NCBI GenBank assembly: GCA_977018835.1
Contig: OZ361260.1
Span: forward strand, 4,154,001-4,218,000
Origin: Minutocellus sp. GHC0000111
Taxonomy: Eukaryota
DNA length: 64,000 nt
Direction of reading: 5' to 3'
In this document: in pieces, positions 1 through 13,154 of the stretch
How the letters are laid out: the number at the start of each line of letters is the position of its first letter
How positions within the stretch are numbered: position 1 is the first letter of the stretch
The notes under the pieces: generated by a model
Database searches by the model: none
The model's input: the letters and a program-made list of their open reading frames with translations, nothing else
Told to the model about the DNA's origin: nothing
Made by a program: the position numbers and the translations under genes

Positions 1-535
1 CGATTCCCTCGGTCCCGACCCCATGGGCCCACCCGGCGACGGATACGGTCCGTCCGATCACTGGTCCACGGCCCGCAACGGCGGAGGATACCAGTACGCC
101 AACCCGTACAGCTCGACGCAGCCGGGGTACGAGGCCACGGCCTACGGGCAGTGCGACAGTGATAATCATGGGTCCTCTTCGGAACTCCGTGCTCTGGAGG
201 GCAACTATTACGACGCCCGTGGTCCCAATTTGGGGTATGACGACGATCTCAAGTTTGTCGGTGGACGGGGGGTCAATTCTCGACCCGTACGAGGATCGGC
301 CACCGGTCGGACGTCGGGTTGGCGCGACGGTGTCGGTCCTCCGCCGGGCATGGATTATTATCCTGGGGAGCAGGATCGCACTCCCGGCAATTACCGGGAT
401 GCCAGTACCAGTGCTCATAATTCGTGGTGGGACAACCCGGGTCAGACGTATCAGGTTGCCCGTGGTGCTCAGGGTAGTTTCCGAACTTATACCGATGTTC
501 AGCGGGATCGCCATGGACCCCGTAGAAACTTCTAA
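1..535 (+). CDS. 3' end of an unknown Gly/Pro/Tyr-rich low-complexity protein (probably runs off the window start)
   Basis: Open frame to TAA at 533-535, followed by AT-rich sequence with AATAAA-like motifs; no recognisable domain. Confidence 0.35.
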   Translation, partial: DSLGPDPMGPPGDGYGPSDHWSTARNGGGYQYANPYSSTQPGYEATAYGQCDSDNHGSSSELRALEGNYYDARGPNLGYDDDLKFVGGRGVNSRPVRGSATGRTSGWRDGVGPPPGMDYYPGEQDRTPGNYRDASTSAHNSWWDNPGQTYQVARGAQGSFRTYTDVQRDRHGPRRNF

Positions 536-835
536 GTCAAGTGGTCGCCGGACTGACTTCACTTGCGGCATTGGAGTTGAGTGACGGAGTCATCTAATAA
601 AATGAGGAATAAAATAGGGTTCATTTCTAGCGAAAAAAAAGTTTATGCACTTGCTTGTCGGAAGCAATACTGCATTGCATCTGATATTGTGATTGTTTCT
701 ATTATTTTATTCTGATAAAATCCGGGAGACCGTTAATGAATGAGGTGCTCAGATGTAACTTCCCCAGCGTTTCTGTCACACGGGAGCACCGCAATATCAT
801 ACCAGGAGACATTTCGCAGTACCTTCGTCCACTGC

Positions 836-2506
<1,671 letters not shown>

Positions 2507-2886
2507 TGGTTGTGTGGTTTGATTGGATTTATGTGCTGCTTTTCTTTTGCTGGAAATGTATGTATGCGCGGAAGTTCGAAGATCTGGGCCGAACCAGTTC
2601 AATCAAATGAATAAAGTCAATGCAAATGATGGGAGAATATGAAGTGGTTATCTCTCTTCTCTGCAGGGATGGGGTTGATGCAAGTCCGTCCATTCAAAAA
2701 TTGCGCGGGAATGATGTGATTTGCGGCCGCCTGCCTGCCTGCCTCTCCCGCGCCCGCCAAAAATGAGGCGAGGCAGGCTTGCTCTCTGTAGCACTCGGTT
2801 TTTCTTAAGGTCATTTGCTCCCCGCCCAGGTTTCGGTCATGCTGCATGGCTACTGACCAAGTCACCACACTACCACCACCACCAAG

Positions 2887-4611
2887 ATGAGACGCACCCG
2901 TAAGAGATCGGCCACCACCTCCACGCGAGCGGGTGCGGCCGCCGCCTCGGTCCTGCTGGCCTCCGGCGTCGCCCTCCTGGTCCTCGACGAATCCTCCCTG
3001 TTTTCCGGTCGGCGAACCAAATATCAACCATCCTCACGAAGTCTTCTCGGTCCAGAAGTGACCGGCAACGACTACGATCATGTCCATTCCAGACCGTCAA
3101 CCACTGCCCTCGCCAACGCCCATAACGCACGCGTCCTCTCCACAGATGAGCGGTTGCTGCAAATGACCGCCGAAGATGCCTCGACCTATCGCAGCATCTG
3201 ATCGTCCGAATGTGCGGCTGCAGGTACTGCTGCTGCCGATGCCGGCGATCGACGGGGTTTACGCACCCTCCTCGAGGAGGAGCTCCACGCCGTAATGACC
3301 GAGGAGAATGCCGGTTCGGAGATATGGCTGATCAACCAGCCCAAGTGCGGTGAGTCCTGTTGAACTTAACTTAGAGAGCTGTGTCTTAGATTTCCATACC
3401 GTGGCACCGTATCTCTTTCTCAGACCGGTCATTCATTGCAAAACATACTTTGTTCTGTTTCCTAATGTTTGTGCTACTTTCACTTTGTGATATTGACATG
3501 GCATACTACAGGCACGGGAACCCTCCTGGCGTCCATGATCGAATCCTTCGACTGCACGGACAACTACGGCCAGGATACCGTGCAGCATCTGCAACTCAAG
3601 TCCACCAGCTGCCGGAACGACGTTGCCCTTAAATTCACCCACCACCCGCACGACGCCAAGGCCTTCAAGGACATCATCGATTCCGATCGTCGTAGGATAG
3701 CCCATCTGACCATGGGCCTATCGCTGCCCGACGACAGCTACACCTTTGGTCTGTCGCAGCGTGGAAAGTGTTTTGTTATTACCTCCATCCGGGATCCAAT
3801 CCACACCATCCCGTCGCTCTTCTTTTGGATAAACCGCGACCGGTACTGCGACGGCACGCAGAGCAAGGAGGAGGTATTGGCCGAATATGTCGACTGGTTG
3901 CGCAACACCAAGGGCACCGACCCGTTGGGCACTGCCCCGCAAACGTCGTTCCAAACCACATCGGAGCTGCTCCAAATGTTTGGCATCAGTCGGGAGGACT
4001 TCCGTCCCACCCTCGATAAGTTGGCGGACGATGGCCACGTCGTCTTGCCCGGACCGTCTCATAGGTACGATACCTGGTACGGGTGCACCCTCCTCCTCTT
4101 GCAGGTGGACTGGGAACGTGGCTTCGATCACATGACGACCAACATCAACCAGCTCGATGGAATCGATGAGGTGACGCTGGCGTTGGCCAACGACATGGAC
4201 CACAAGTGTCCCGCCAGCGAAGAACTGCACCGGGCCGTGAAGGAGTATGAGCTCAGCGAGGAGATGCTGCGGCATTTAGCGCGGGACAATCCAGAACTGT
4301 GGGATGGCATTGAGTACTACAGACATTTTAACGAAATGAGATCGCGGGGAGACCAGATGAAGGATGGTGCAAAAAAGGAAGAGGGGGAGTTGACAAGTGG
4401 AGAAACAGGGGAGATAACGGCAGCACTAGTAGACACCTTACCTTCTTCCGGCAGCAGTGAAGCAACTCAGGCTTCAGCGGCAGAGAAATCTATTGCCGAG
4501 GAGGAAGCCACTGGTGGTGCGAGTAATCAAAATAGGGATTATCCTGTAGAAGATACCACATCTCCTCCGGAGATTGTGGCCGTCGATGAACTTCCGATCA
4601 TAGACGCATAA
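2887..4611 (+). pseudogene. Type II membrane sulfotransferase-like gene with in-frame TGA at 3199-3201; intron 3350-3511
   Basis: N-terminal hydrophobic anchor; frame continues past the TGA to INQPKC, and splicing gives PKCGTGT (5'-PSB-like) plus IRDP..IPS (3'-PB-like). Confidence 0.6.
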
Positions 4612-4643
4612 AATTGGAGAAAAGCCTAGTCTACAAACTTTTT

Positions 4644-4660
4644 GCTAGCTAGCTAGCTAG
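4644..4660. repeat. (GCTA)n self-complementary microsatellite between convergent 3' ends
   Basis: gctagctagctagctag; similar tracts near 12888 and 37408. Confidence 0.8.
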
Positions 4661-4804
4661 ATAGCCAGGAGTTACTATTCGTAGCCCACATATCATGTGT
4701 GTATGAAATCTACGTAAACGTTTATCGAATTGTCATCTTGAAGAGATAAGATCACGCATGTGGATGCATTTCGCCTACGATCGTACGTGCACGTCATCAA
4801 ATTT

Positions 4805-6667
4805 TTATTTATCTTGTGACCCCGAGAGGTCTCCCGTTTGCCTTGCGTGCTGGATCCACTTCTCGGCCTCTCGAACTCGACGGCCGAGCTGATCAGTTCT
4901 CTGCTTGAGAGTTATTCCTTCACTATCCTTAGTTGCCCTTGAGCTCGACTTCAAATCGGGGAAGGCGTAGCCTCCAGCTACAATGGCATCGGGCCGAGAC
5001 ATGCCTGGATTTTGTAAAGCAAGAGCGAGGGCTCGATTCATGCGAGGGTCCGACTTACGTCCGATCGTATTCGTATGCCTCCTTTCAACGATTTGTTCGT
5101 ACAGCTGGTAGTCAGACAAACCGGCAAAGTGGCCATCGCTACTTGAGGCAGCACGCGCCCTCTTAGTACCGGTATGGGCACCGTTGGAACTTATACCATT
5201 GGAACTAATACCATTGGAGTTGGGAGGGATATTTGGATATTGTTGCGGCTGTGGCTGCGGAACAACAAGCGGTTGCGGGACAAAAAGGGTCGGTTGGTGC
5301 GATTGACCAAGACTCGCCGGCCCTTGGACTTGCGCAATCGCCGCAGACAAAATGGCAGTGGTTGCATCGGAGATCGGCGGTAACTGCTGTGGATTATCCC
5401 TTTGATGCTGGGCCAGCCCTCGAGCCACGGTAGAGGCGGAATGCTGTCGCAAAGTTTCGAGGACCTGTCGCTTCATTACCCATTCGGGAGCATTGACAGC
5501 AAGCATCCCACCCATGTCGACGGGAACGCGATCCACGGGAAGGCAAAAGCCCGATAGCTCCGTCAGTACCTGGCTGGGAGTACCGTGGTGGGTCTTGAAG
5601 CGAAGGCGGATGCTCCGAGGAATGAGTCTTTTGATGAGGGGGAAGAGCAAGTGATGAACGATGGCATTCGGGTAGCACAGGTGACTTCCCATGAGCTCTA
5701 TCGGCATAAACGACACCATCCGAGTAAAAAGCTGGATCATTTTCTTGCTGCTTCTTTGCCAGTCATAATTTCGCATGTCAGCTAATATGACGAATCCATG
5801 CCTTCGAAGGCTTTCTTCTTCAATAATTGTCTCAAGGAAGTACCACAGAGCAGCCTGAGGGTGGTTGTGGAAATCAAATGAGAATATGATGAAAAAGATA
5901 CATACATGCAAAATATTAGAAAGGGGTGAAAAATACGAAAAATACCAAAATGGGGCACCGAAGAGGACGCTGGGGAGAATGGTGGAAGGCCACGGCACCC
6001 TCCGAATACCAGCTACAATGACATGTATGTGTAATATTACTCTCACAATTTCTTGCATGGCCGAATATTCGGCAAAGTTCCGCCGACTGGGACAGAAAAA
6101 CAGCACCGGCCTTCCTGCTGTATCGGGATACGGCAACAATTGCCAAACGCATCGCGATGCCAGATTCATCTTTTCCTCCCCCATGGCACCACCGAGCGTC
6201 ATGGGCAGATAGGCTTTGTTTTTTCCGAACACTTCGACGCGTGCTTTCCAATACTCGGCGATATGCGCCGCTGTTGCCCGGACGTCGTTGTTGACGGCCC
6301 CGAGGAAGATCATCTTGCGTTTGTGATCGACCTGATGGGGACATTTCTCAACGGCCTTGTAGTACTCCTCGGTATCGGTCTGGGGCAATCGATGGAGTTC
6401 TGCCTCGAGGTTGGTAATAATTAGTGCTGGGTTGATGTTGGCGACATTGCCACCGGCAGTGTTGCCGGCCGCATTTCCACCACCAGACGAAGGCTGGAGG
6501 GAGTCCAACAGCGACGTGAGGCCCGCGAGGTCGGCCTGCACCTTGACGAGGTCGGCAAGGGTTAGGGATTCGATATCCCGCCTTTCGTCTTCGGCGGTAA
6601 AGGCCGGTACGGTGCAGAGGTCGTCGTCGTCGTCTTCGCTCGAAGGCCGAGGATCGTGGCGGGACAT
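4805..6667 (-). CDS. CRAL-TRIO/Sec14-like lipid-binding protein with C-terminal unknown helical domain; probable intron 6046-5855
   Basis: YWKARVEVFG, DTAGRPVLFF, GFVILADM, RVPVDMGG; removing the 192-nt GTGAGA..CCTCAG intron gives EI-AALWYFLE. Confidence 0.8.
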   Translation of the reverse strand: MSRHDPRPSSEDDDDDLCTVPAFTAEDERRDIESLTLADLVKVQADLAGLTSLLDSLQPSSGGGNAAGNTAGGNVANINPALIITNLEAELHRLPQTDTEEYYKAVEKCPHQVDHKRKMIFLGAVNNDVRATAAHIAEYWKARVEVFGKNKAYLPMTLGGAMGEEKMNLASRCVWQLLPYPDTAGRPVLFFCPSRRNFAEYSAMQEIVRVILHIHVIVAGIRRVPWPSTILPSVLFGAPFWYFSYFSPLSNILHVCIFFIIFSFDFHNHPQAALWYFLETIIEEESLRRHGFVILADMRNYDWQRSSKKMIQLFTRMVSFMPIELMGSHLCYPNAIVHHLLFPLIKRLIPRSIRLRFKTHHGTPSQVLTELSGFCLPVDRVPVDMGGMLAVNAPEWVMKRQVLETLRQHSASTVARGLAQHQRDNPQQLPPISDATTAILSAAIAQVQGPASLGQSHQPTLFVPQPLVVPQPQPQQYPNIPPNSNGISSNGISSNGAHTGTKRARAASSSDGHFAGLSDYQLYEQIVERRHTNTIGRKSDPRMNRALALALQNPGMSRPDAIVAGGYAFPDLKSSSRATKDSEGITLKQRTDQLGRRVREAEKWIQHARQTGDLSGSQDK

Positions 6668-7185
6668 GTTTCCTGACTTTTACTCGCGGCAAAATTGGTA
6701 AACGGGGGCGCAGAGCGTAGTCTAGCTAGAGTAATGAGGAAGGTTTTGCATGTGTTCCTCTATTCCTCTCCATCTGCTTCGCCAGTAGCTACTACATATG
6801 TATTCGCCAGTGACCTCGACTCAAAGCAACTCATACAATACAACCGGCCCGAACCGGCTTCTTGGCGGCCCGCCTTTCTTGCTTTTCTTGCTTTACCGAA
6901 ATTCTGCTTCCTGTTTCCCGCTCTCTTTGAGTCGGCTGCGTCATACAGACAGTTACATGTAAGATTCCCGCAGCATCACCTTTTCTCCCGCGGGAGTAGA
7001 TCTATGTCCGGCATGCCGCCTCCTCGATGACTGCCACATCCAGCAGCCAGCAGCCAGCTGCTGCCACACAGTCCATAATCCAGATAATCCATACTACTAC
7101 GTAGAAGTAAGTGGTTCCAATAACAATCCGCTCAACTCACACACATGCTCTGTTCTAGCTTGGTAGTAATCGTAAGCAACGCAAA

Positions 7186-8316
7186 ATGAAGCAGCAGCAA
7201 TCAATACATGCACCAGCACAACCAACTCCAGCATCATGCTACCCAACCTGTGAGATACCCTCAGTCGATCTTGGACCTCTCTTTCAAGAAAAGGGCGTTG
7301 TGATCGGAGAGGAACCAACCGACGACCAGCGGGAGGTGGCCTCCGTCATCAATCGAATATGCCGAAAACACGGGTTCGTTCACGTTACCAACTTTGGCAT
7401 GTCGATGCAATTTGGCCAACGTCTCTTCGCTGCCTCGGAGGAATTGTTCCATCCTGCTAGGACCGGGCAATACGAGCCCTGGTCACCGGCCACCAACACC
7501 GGATTTTCGTCGTATCGGAACGAATCACTGAACCGCAACCGCCCTCCCGACCTCAAGGAGGCGTTCAACGTTCGATTCCCTCCCAAATGGGAGAACCCAT
7601 CACTTCCCAAAACGCCGCAATCGTTTCAGTCCCTTATTGACGAATATACACGGATAATGAAGACTGCGTCCATGAGGTATGGAATGGCATGTGCGTTGGC
7701 TTTGGAATTGCCATTGGATACCTTCACGAAGCAGCTGAACACGTATGATTTGTGCACTGCGCGATTCTTGCATTATCCTCCGTGTGACTTTCACGACAGT
7801 GTGTCGGCATCAGCTGGCATCGACGAAGCCATACGCGTCGGGGAGCACACCGACTTTGGCGTTTTCACCTTCCTGTTGCTGCGCAATGGGCAAGGGCCAA
7901 TGGGATTGTAGATTCGAGCCGGCGAAAGGGGCGGGGCCTGTGGGGGCGAAGCTGGTGGGGAGGAGTGCGGCTGGATGGATGTGAAAATTGCAGAAGGTGG
8001 CAAAGACAAAGACATGGCGAATGCTTTCGGGGCCGTAATCAATACTGGCGCGATGATGGCCCGGATGACAAATGACTACTGGAAGGCGACGCCGCATCGC
8101 GTGATTGTTCCTACGGCGGAATGTGCACGGACGGATCGATACTCGATCGCCTTTTTTGTCGACCCAGATATTGATGAAATGATTGAAGTGCAAGAGAAGT
8201 ATAAAGACTCAGATGACACAAGTGAAGGTCCCTGTGCAACATGTCACGAACCAATTTCCAGCATGGATTTTATCCTCGCAAAGCTCAAGGAAATGGCAGA
8301 TGCAGGGAAAATATGA
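7186..8316 (+). pseudogene. 2OG-Fe(II) dioxygenase (IPNS/DIOX-like) interrupted by in-frame TAG at 7909-7911
   Basis: IPSVDL, HGFVHVTNFG, PDLKEAF, HTDFGVFTFLL, GL*I (expected GLQI), ATPHRV, RYS; ORFs 7186 and 7975 share one frame. Confidence 0.85.
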
Positions 8317-8537
8317 AGAAGGCGCAGGCGCATTGTAACTCTCAAGTCAAGTCAAGCATGTAATGTGACAATAATGATAAAATTTCATACGTTAAAATTA
8401 ATATACCTAGTCTGAACGTTTCTACTTCAGTTGTAATATGGGTTCCCAAAAGTATGACCGGTGCCCCTATTTGATATACCCATACAATCAGACGCTTTGT
8501 TTTTGTCTAAATTCTCTTCGCGTATTGTACCGGAGCC

Positions 8538-9101
8538 TCAATCGATAACAATGACAACATCGTCGTCCATGTCGTTTTGCTTTGCAGGCATCTTCTTGTC
8601 GTTCTCGTCATCACCCTCTTCCTTCTTCTCTTCGTCATCCGTATCACTGGCAAGATCAATGACGCCTGTTGTGCTGCAATTGTCATTGCCACCGGCACCT
8701 TTGCGGCCTCGTTTGGGAGGACTGGGCATCTCCGCGTCGTCATAGAGTAAAGAAGAGGAAGGAAATCCCCCGCCTTGCTTCCTCTTTGCCCTTTCAGCCG
8801 CCAACGACCGAAGGGAGGCATTGATTGCTTGCTGCATGCCATCATCACTGTCTGCAAATTCGCTTCCACCTCCGCCACTTCCAAGGCGGTGACCTTCACC
8901 CTGAAAGACTGCCGAGGACGTGGACGACGAAGCAGCACCCAGAGATGAGCCCTCGTCTGCCTGAACACTACCATCGCCAAAGTTGCTACCAATTCCCATA
9001 CGCCTGTTCCCATTCGGCGTTGACGCAGCAGTTGGCACTCCGGGAGGCAACGAAAAGGTCACCTCGCTCTGGCGGAATCTGTAATTAATTTTGTTGATCA
9101 A
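8538..9101 (-). CDS. Coding-like ORF with a UIM-like motif, immediately downstream of the TADA1-like gene; possibly its detached C-terminal part
   Basis: DDGMQQAINASLRSL (UIM-like), VIDL and VIVID (SIM-like); no room for its own promoter. Confidence 0.45.
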   Translation of the reverse strand: MINKINYRFRQSEVTFSLPPGVPTAASTPNGNRRMGIGSNFGDGSVQADEGSSLGAASSSTSSAVFQGEGHRLGSGGGGSEFADSDDGMQQAINASLRSLAAERAKRKQGGGFPSSSLLYDDAEMPSPPKRGRKGAGGNDNCSTTGVIDLASDTDDEEKKEEGDDENDKKMPAKQNDMDDDVVIVID

Positions 9102-9139
9102 TTCCTTGTGCAGTGCCTACGTAGACGATTTCTTTTACT

Positions 9140-12100
9140 CTAAGATCCCTTTGGCAGCTTCGACGCCAGCAGCCTTTGTCTTGCAGCGACATGAATTGCC
9201 CCGGAAACTTTCCTTTCGGTGGAAATGGATTCGGAGGTCGACAGGCCCGACGAGTAAGCCGGGATCCTTTGAGCATTCAAACCTTGGTCATCGACACGAG
9301 CCGAGTGAGGGCCACGGCTACAAATGCCCAATGCAAGGTCAAATGGCGATATAGTCCTTGCGGCGGCGGAGGCGATGCCTGAAGCCGAATGAATGTGCCC
9401 TTCCCTTGCATCGACCTTGTTTTGGACTGCATTGCGAAGGACGGCGGTGGCATAATCGCGAACCGCAGTGGTGGCGAGCCAGATAGCATCTTCTGATACC
9501 TTCATATTCTGTTTCTTTACAGATAAACGGACGAGAGGGTCAATGATCAAGGCTCCGGGAAGGTTGGCAGACGGGATCACCGAACGGAGTGGCTTGCATT
9601 GGTCATCATAGGATATTTCATCGGCCACACCACAACTCTCAGTAGCGACACCTTTCTGTCCCGAGGCAGACCAGACGGAGGCATTATGTGCAAACATCGA
9701 TCTGAGGCGTCTTGAATCGGCCAAATCCAACTTCAAATCTTCCTCCAGGGTCGTCTCGGTATCATCTTTCTGCTTTGCTTCGGTATCGCCACCTCGTTCG
9801 GCCACCTTTGTAGAACTAGGTTTCGGTGGATATCCAATCTTCTTCCGTGCCTTGCCACGCCATGCGATGGGGATGTGTCGCTTGAACTTGTTCTCTTCGA
9901 CGAGGGTGGCGAGGCTTTGCTTCATTATAGCAAGGATGAGTTCATTGTGAAGGCGCTTCATTTTCTTCGTGACAAGGAAGGAGTTCAGACAGTACTCAAT
10001 CCCATTGCATGCTTCGTCGTTGCTCCATCGCTTCGATTTGTCCTTCCCTCGCAATCCAATTGCAATGTTCCTCGCAAGAGCATCCCAATAGTCGGCAAAT
10101 TGACGTTCGGGCCCATTGCCTCGATGTGCCTTGCGACCCTCCAAGTATAGATTCATTTTTATGGTCTCTAAGCAAGGCCCTGGCGTATACTCAACAGACT
10201 CGAGCTCTTTTCCTTTTTTCTCTTCTGCGGCTACATCGTGGTGCCCTTGAGCGGTAAAGTGGACCGGACTGCAAAGTCTGCTATGATTTGGATCGCTCGG
10301 TGGCGAAATACTCATCGATCGAGGACGAGATTCAAACAGAGGGGTGGGCGGTTGACTTGAAGCGTTTGGACTACCGCTCGACGCAGAGAGGGCAGGCTCA
10401 AGCACCTTCCGAATCTCGTCCGGTTCATCTTGAGGAGACTGCTCTGCTGTACCTTGTTCAGTTGTCATATTAGCGGTAGGAGTGTGTGAAGACGGTACTT
10501 CGGGAAACTGGACGGAATCGGGCATTGCACTCGTAGTGCCGGTATTTGCGGAATCTTGAGTAACAACTTGTGATGAATCTTCTGTGGAGCTCGTTGGCTT
10601 CGGAGGAGGTTCACCGGATTCAATTCGCTGGCGCTTGTGACCTGGAGATGCAGGGTCATCCTCATTGCCTAGACTTCGTTTACGGTCGGCATCGTCGACC
10701 TTCATTTTCACTGGAACCTTCTCTTCTATCTCCATGGGGGCAGGCCCATTCGCCGGCAAGCTTGGAGGATGAGTACCCGTGACATTCGTTTGATCGCCAA
10801 CGTCCTCCATCTCTGCATCTTCCGTTTCTTCTACCTCAGATGCCAATGGTTTCAGCGTTGCACTGCTATTATCCACCGTTGAAATCTCCGCTGTATCGGG
10901 TTCAGGTTGTACGTTGGACTGGTTTGGCTGTGAGGGGGGCAGCGAATCCGTTGCTGTGCCCGCATCGTGAACTTTCTGAGCCGATGCTGTTTTATCGCTG
11001 TCGTCTACTGGTCCCAAAGCGGCATCCGCCCCGGTATTTTCGTCGCCACGTTCCTTCTCTGTGCTACCCTCCCCAGCGGCTTCGATGGCCTTGGCATCGC
11101 CATCAGAGGCAGAATCATCGACGGTGGCCTCAACGGTGGCCTCGACTGGAGTTGCATCGGCAGTACCTACCGGTGGCTCGATGTTATCTGGTAGCGGTGC
11201 TGGCACTGCGCTGGATTCCACCCGCGCGGTTTCCTTGGCATCAAAACCGGTGGCAGTAGCTTCCTCTGGTGGAAGAGCCCCGATATCGGCGTCGGCGGTC
11301 GCAGATATCGTAGTAGTGGTTGCTCCACCCTCGGCATCGTCGGCCGCTGCTACAGTCGCTGCTGAAGTCGTTGCCTCTGTTTCCGGCCCATCGTCCGTGC
11401 CTGCCTTGTCACTGTCGGCGCGTTGGTCCTCCTCTTTCTCATCCCCACCACCAGCGGCGGCGGCCTGTTTTACGACAGCTTCTGCGACCTCCTTGTTGCC
11501 AGTTCTGGTGGTATCCCCTGCTGCCGCCCCAATCGTTTCGATTACAATATCATCGTTTCCGTCGTTTTCGTCTTCGATGACGTTGTCGTTGATCTCTTCC
11601 TTGGTAACCGCCACTTCTTCCTCTGCCGTATCATCTTCTGCTGTCTCCTTCTCGGCCTCCTGCTTGTCCTTTGCCTTGGCATCACTGCCGGCCGCTGAAG
11701 CACTGGTAGCAGCCGCTGAAGCTGAAGCCGCCGCCGCCGCCGAAGCCGCCGCTGCCGCTGCCGACGCCTCCCTCTTGGCCTTCAATTTGGCCTTGCGCTT
11801 GGCCCGCTCGGCCCGGGCCTTGTCCCTCCGCTCCTTCTCCTCCTTGAGCTTGGAGAGGGGCATATCGTCGTCGTCCTCGTCGTCGTCATCATCATCGTCG
11901 GAGGAAGAGCCGGACAGAGACGACACCGCCGATTGCTGTGGCTCGTCGTCGTCGTTCGGTTGCTCCTGGCGGTCATCGGCTACATCGGCGGCAGCCTTGG
12001 GAGGAGGCTCCTCCTTCTCCGACTTTTTGTCATTCTCTTCCTCCTCCTTTTTTGGGCCGTCCTTCTTTGCGACCTCGTCGGCGTCGGCGTCGGCATCGGA

Positions 12101-12442
12101 AGCACCATCCTCGTGATCGTCACCGCTGCCGCTGCCGGCGGTATCGTTGCCTTCCTCCTCCTCTTCCACCTTCTCTTTCTCATCCTCGTTCGAAGCCGCC
12201 TGCGACGAGCGACGAGTTCGCTTGGCAGCCGCCCTCGTGGCACGGGTGCTCTGCCTCGGCTGCGGCTGCTTCGTCGGTTGTTGCTGCCGCCGCGTCCTCT
12301 TGCGCGTCTGCGCCGGCGGCGAATGCGACCGCGTCCTACCCGCGGGGGTGTCTCCGGGGGGGGAGGCGGTCGGATCGGCAGCGGCCGAGGCAGCCGCGGC
12401 AGCGGTAGTGCCGAAGGTGCTCCTCCTCGTGCTGCGGGTCAT
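9140..12442 (-). CDS. SAGA subunit TADA1/Ada1-like protein with a long acidic disordered N-terminus
   Basis: YW..L...LNSFL..KRLHNELILAIM (SAGA-Tad1 N-motif) and histone-fold-like LPGA..VSEDAIWLATTAVRDYATAVL..ISPFDL. Confidence 0.65.
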   Translation of the reverse strand: MTRSTRRSTFGTTAAAAASAAADPTASPPGDTPAGRTRSHSPPAQTRKRTRRQQQPTKQPQPRQSTRATRAAAKRTRRSSQAASNEDEKEKVEEEEEGNDTAGSGSGDDHEDGASDADADADEVAKKDGPKKEEEENDKKSEKEEPPPKAAADVADDRQEQPNDDDEPQQSAVSSLSGSSSDDDDDDDEDDDDMPLSKLKEEKERRDKARAERAKRKAKLKAKREASAAAAAASAAAAASASAAATSASAAGSDAKAKDKQEAEKETAEDDTAEEEVAVTKEEINDNVIEDENDGNDDIVIETIGAAAGDTTRTGNKEVAEAVVKQAAAAGGGDEKEEDQRADSDKAGTDDGPETEATTSAATVAAADDAEGGATTTTISATADADIGALPPEEATATGFDAKETARVESSAVPAPLPDNIEPPVGTADATPVEATVEATVDDSASDGDAKAIEAAGEGSTEKERGDENTGADAALGPVDDSDKTASAQKVHDAGTATDSLPPSQPNQSNVQPEPDTAEISTVDNSSATLKPLASEVEETEDAEMEDVGDQTNVTGTHPPSLPANGPAPMEIEEKVPVKMKVDDADRKRSLGNEDDPASPGHKRQRIESGEPPPKPTSSTEDSSQVVTQDSANTGTTSAMPDSVQFPEVPSSHTPTANMTTEQGTAEQSPQDEPDEIRKVLEPALSASSGSPNASSQPPTPLFESRPRSMSISPPSDPNHSRLCSPVHFTAQGHHDVAAEEKKGKELESVEYTPGPCLETIKMNLYLEGRKAHRGNGPERQFADYWDALARNIAIGLRGKDKSKRWSNDEACNGIEYCLNSFLVTKKMKRLHNELILAIMKQSLATLVEENKFKRHIPIAWRGKARKKIGYPPKPSSTKVAERGGDTEAKQKDDTETTLEEDLKLDLADSRRLRSMFAHNASVWSASGQKGVATESCGVADEISYDDQCKPLRSVIPSANLPGALIIDPLVRLSVKKQNMKVSEDAIWLATTAVRDYATAVLRNAVQNKVDAREGHIHSASGIASAAARTISPFDLALGICSRGPHSARVDDQGLNAQRIPAYSSGLSTSESISTERKVSGAIHVAARQRLLASKLPKGS

Positions 12443-13154
12443 GCCGGTAGGAACCTACTGGTGCTGCCTGTTCGCGTGAAGGGACCACCTCTGTTCTGCC
12501 TTCCGCCGATCGAATACTAGTAAATCAACGAACAGGAGAGGGTGCTATTGGATGGATTGATTGGTATCCCCCCTCCCCCTTGCTTATTGCTGCAGCAGGT
12601 GGCACCAAGCAAAGAAGCATAAGATGTGTCAAAGATACCGAACGGAACGAAGGAGCGCCATGTGTTAGACCGAAATTGCCAATTTCTCGAAAATAGAAAT
12701 CGGCATGAAAATTGGGGCGTTTTCTTCGTGTTTTCACAGATTCGGCGTGGTGTTTTTTTGACACTTTCAGAAAATATCACACCGATTGTTATTTTCGAGA
12801 AATTGGCAATCGAACACGGGAGTCGGAAAATGAGGCTGGAAAAATGGCACAAGTCAAGCCGCCGCCTTCCTCGTCTCTACGTAGGCCTAGCTAGCTAGCA
12901 GCAAAGCATAGTAGCCAATTGCACCAAGCAGGCAGTGCGCGCCACCATCCATCTGCAGTGCGTTCGTTCGCGGTATATCTTCTTGCCTGCCTCTCGCTCG
13001 TAATTTGGATATTCTGAGCGTATCTTGGGCCGCAACAACAAGTACCTAGGTAACCTGCAAACAGTCATTGACGGTCATTGCACTTTTGACCTCCTCTCGC
13101 CCCCCATTGAATTGACGCATTACTACTACGTACTAGGTAACATTGGAAGGAATC

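Noticed and set aside
3199..3201. Selenocysteine at the in-frame TGA
   Set aside because: It lies in a low-complexity stem region, not a UxxC redox motif; no SECIS recognised; CGA>TGA is simpler
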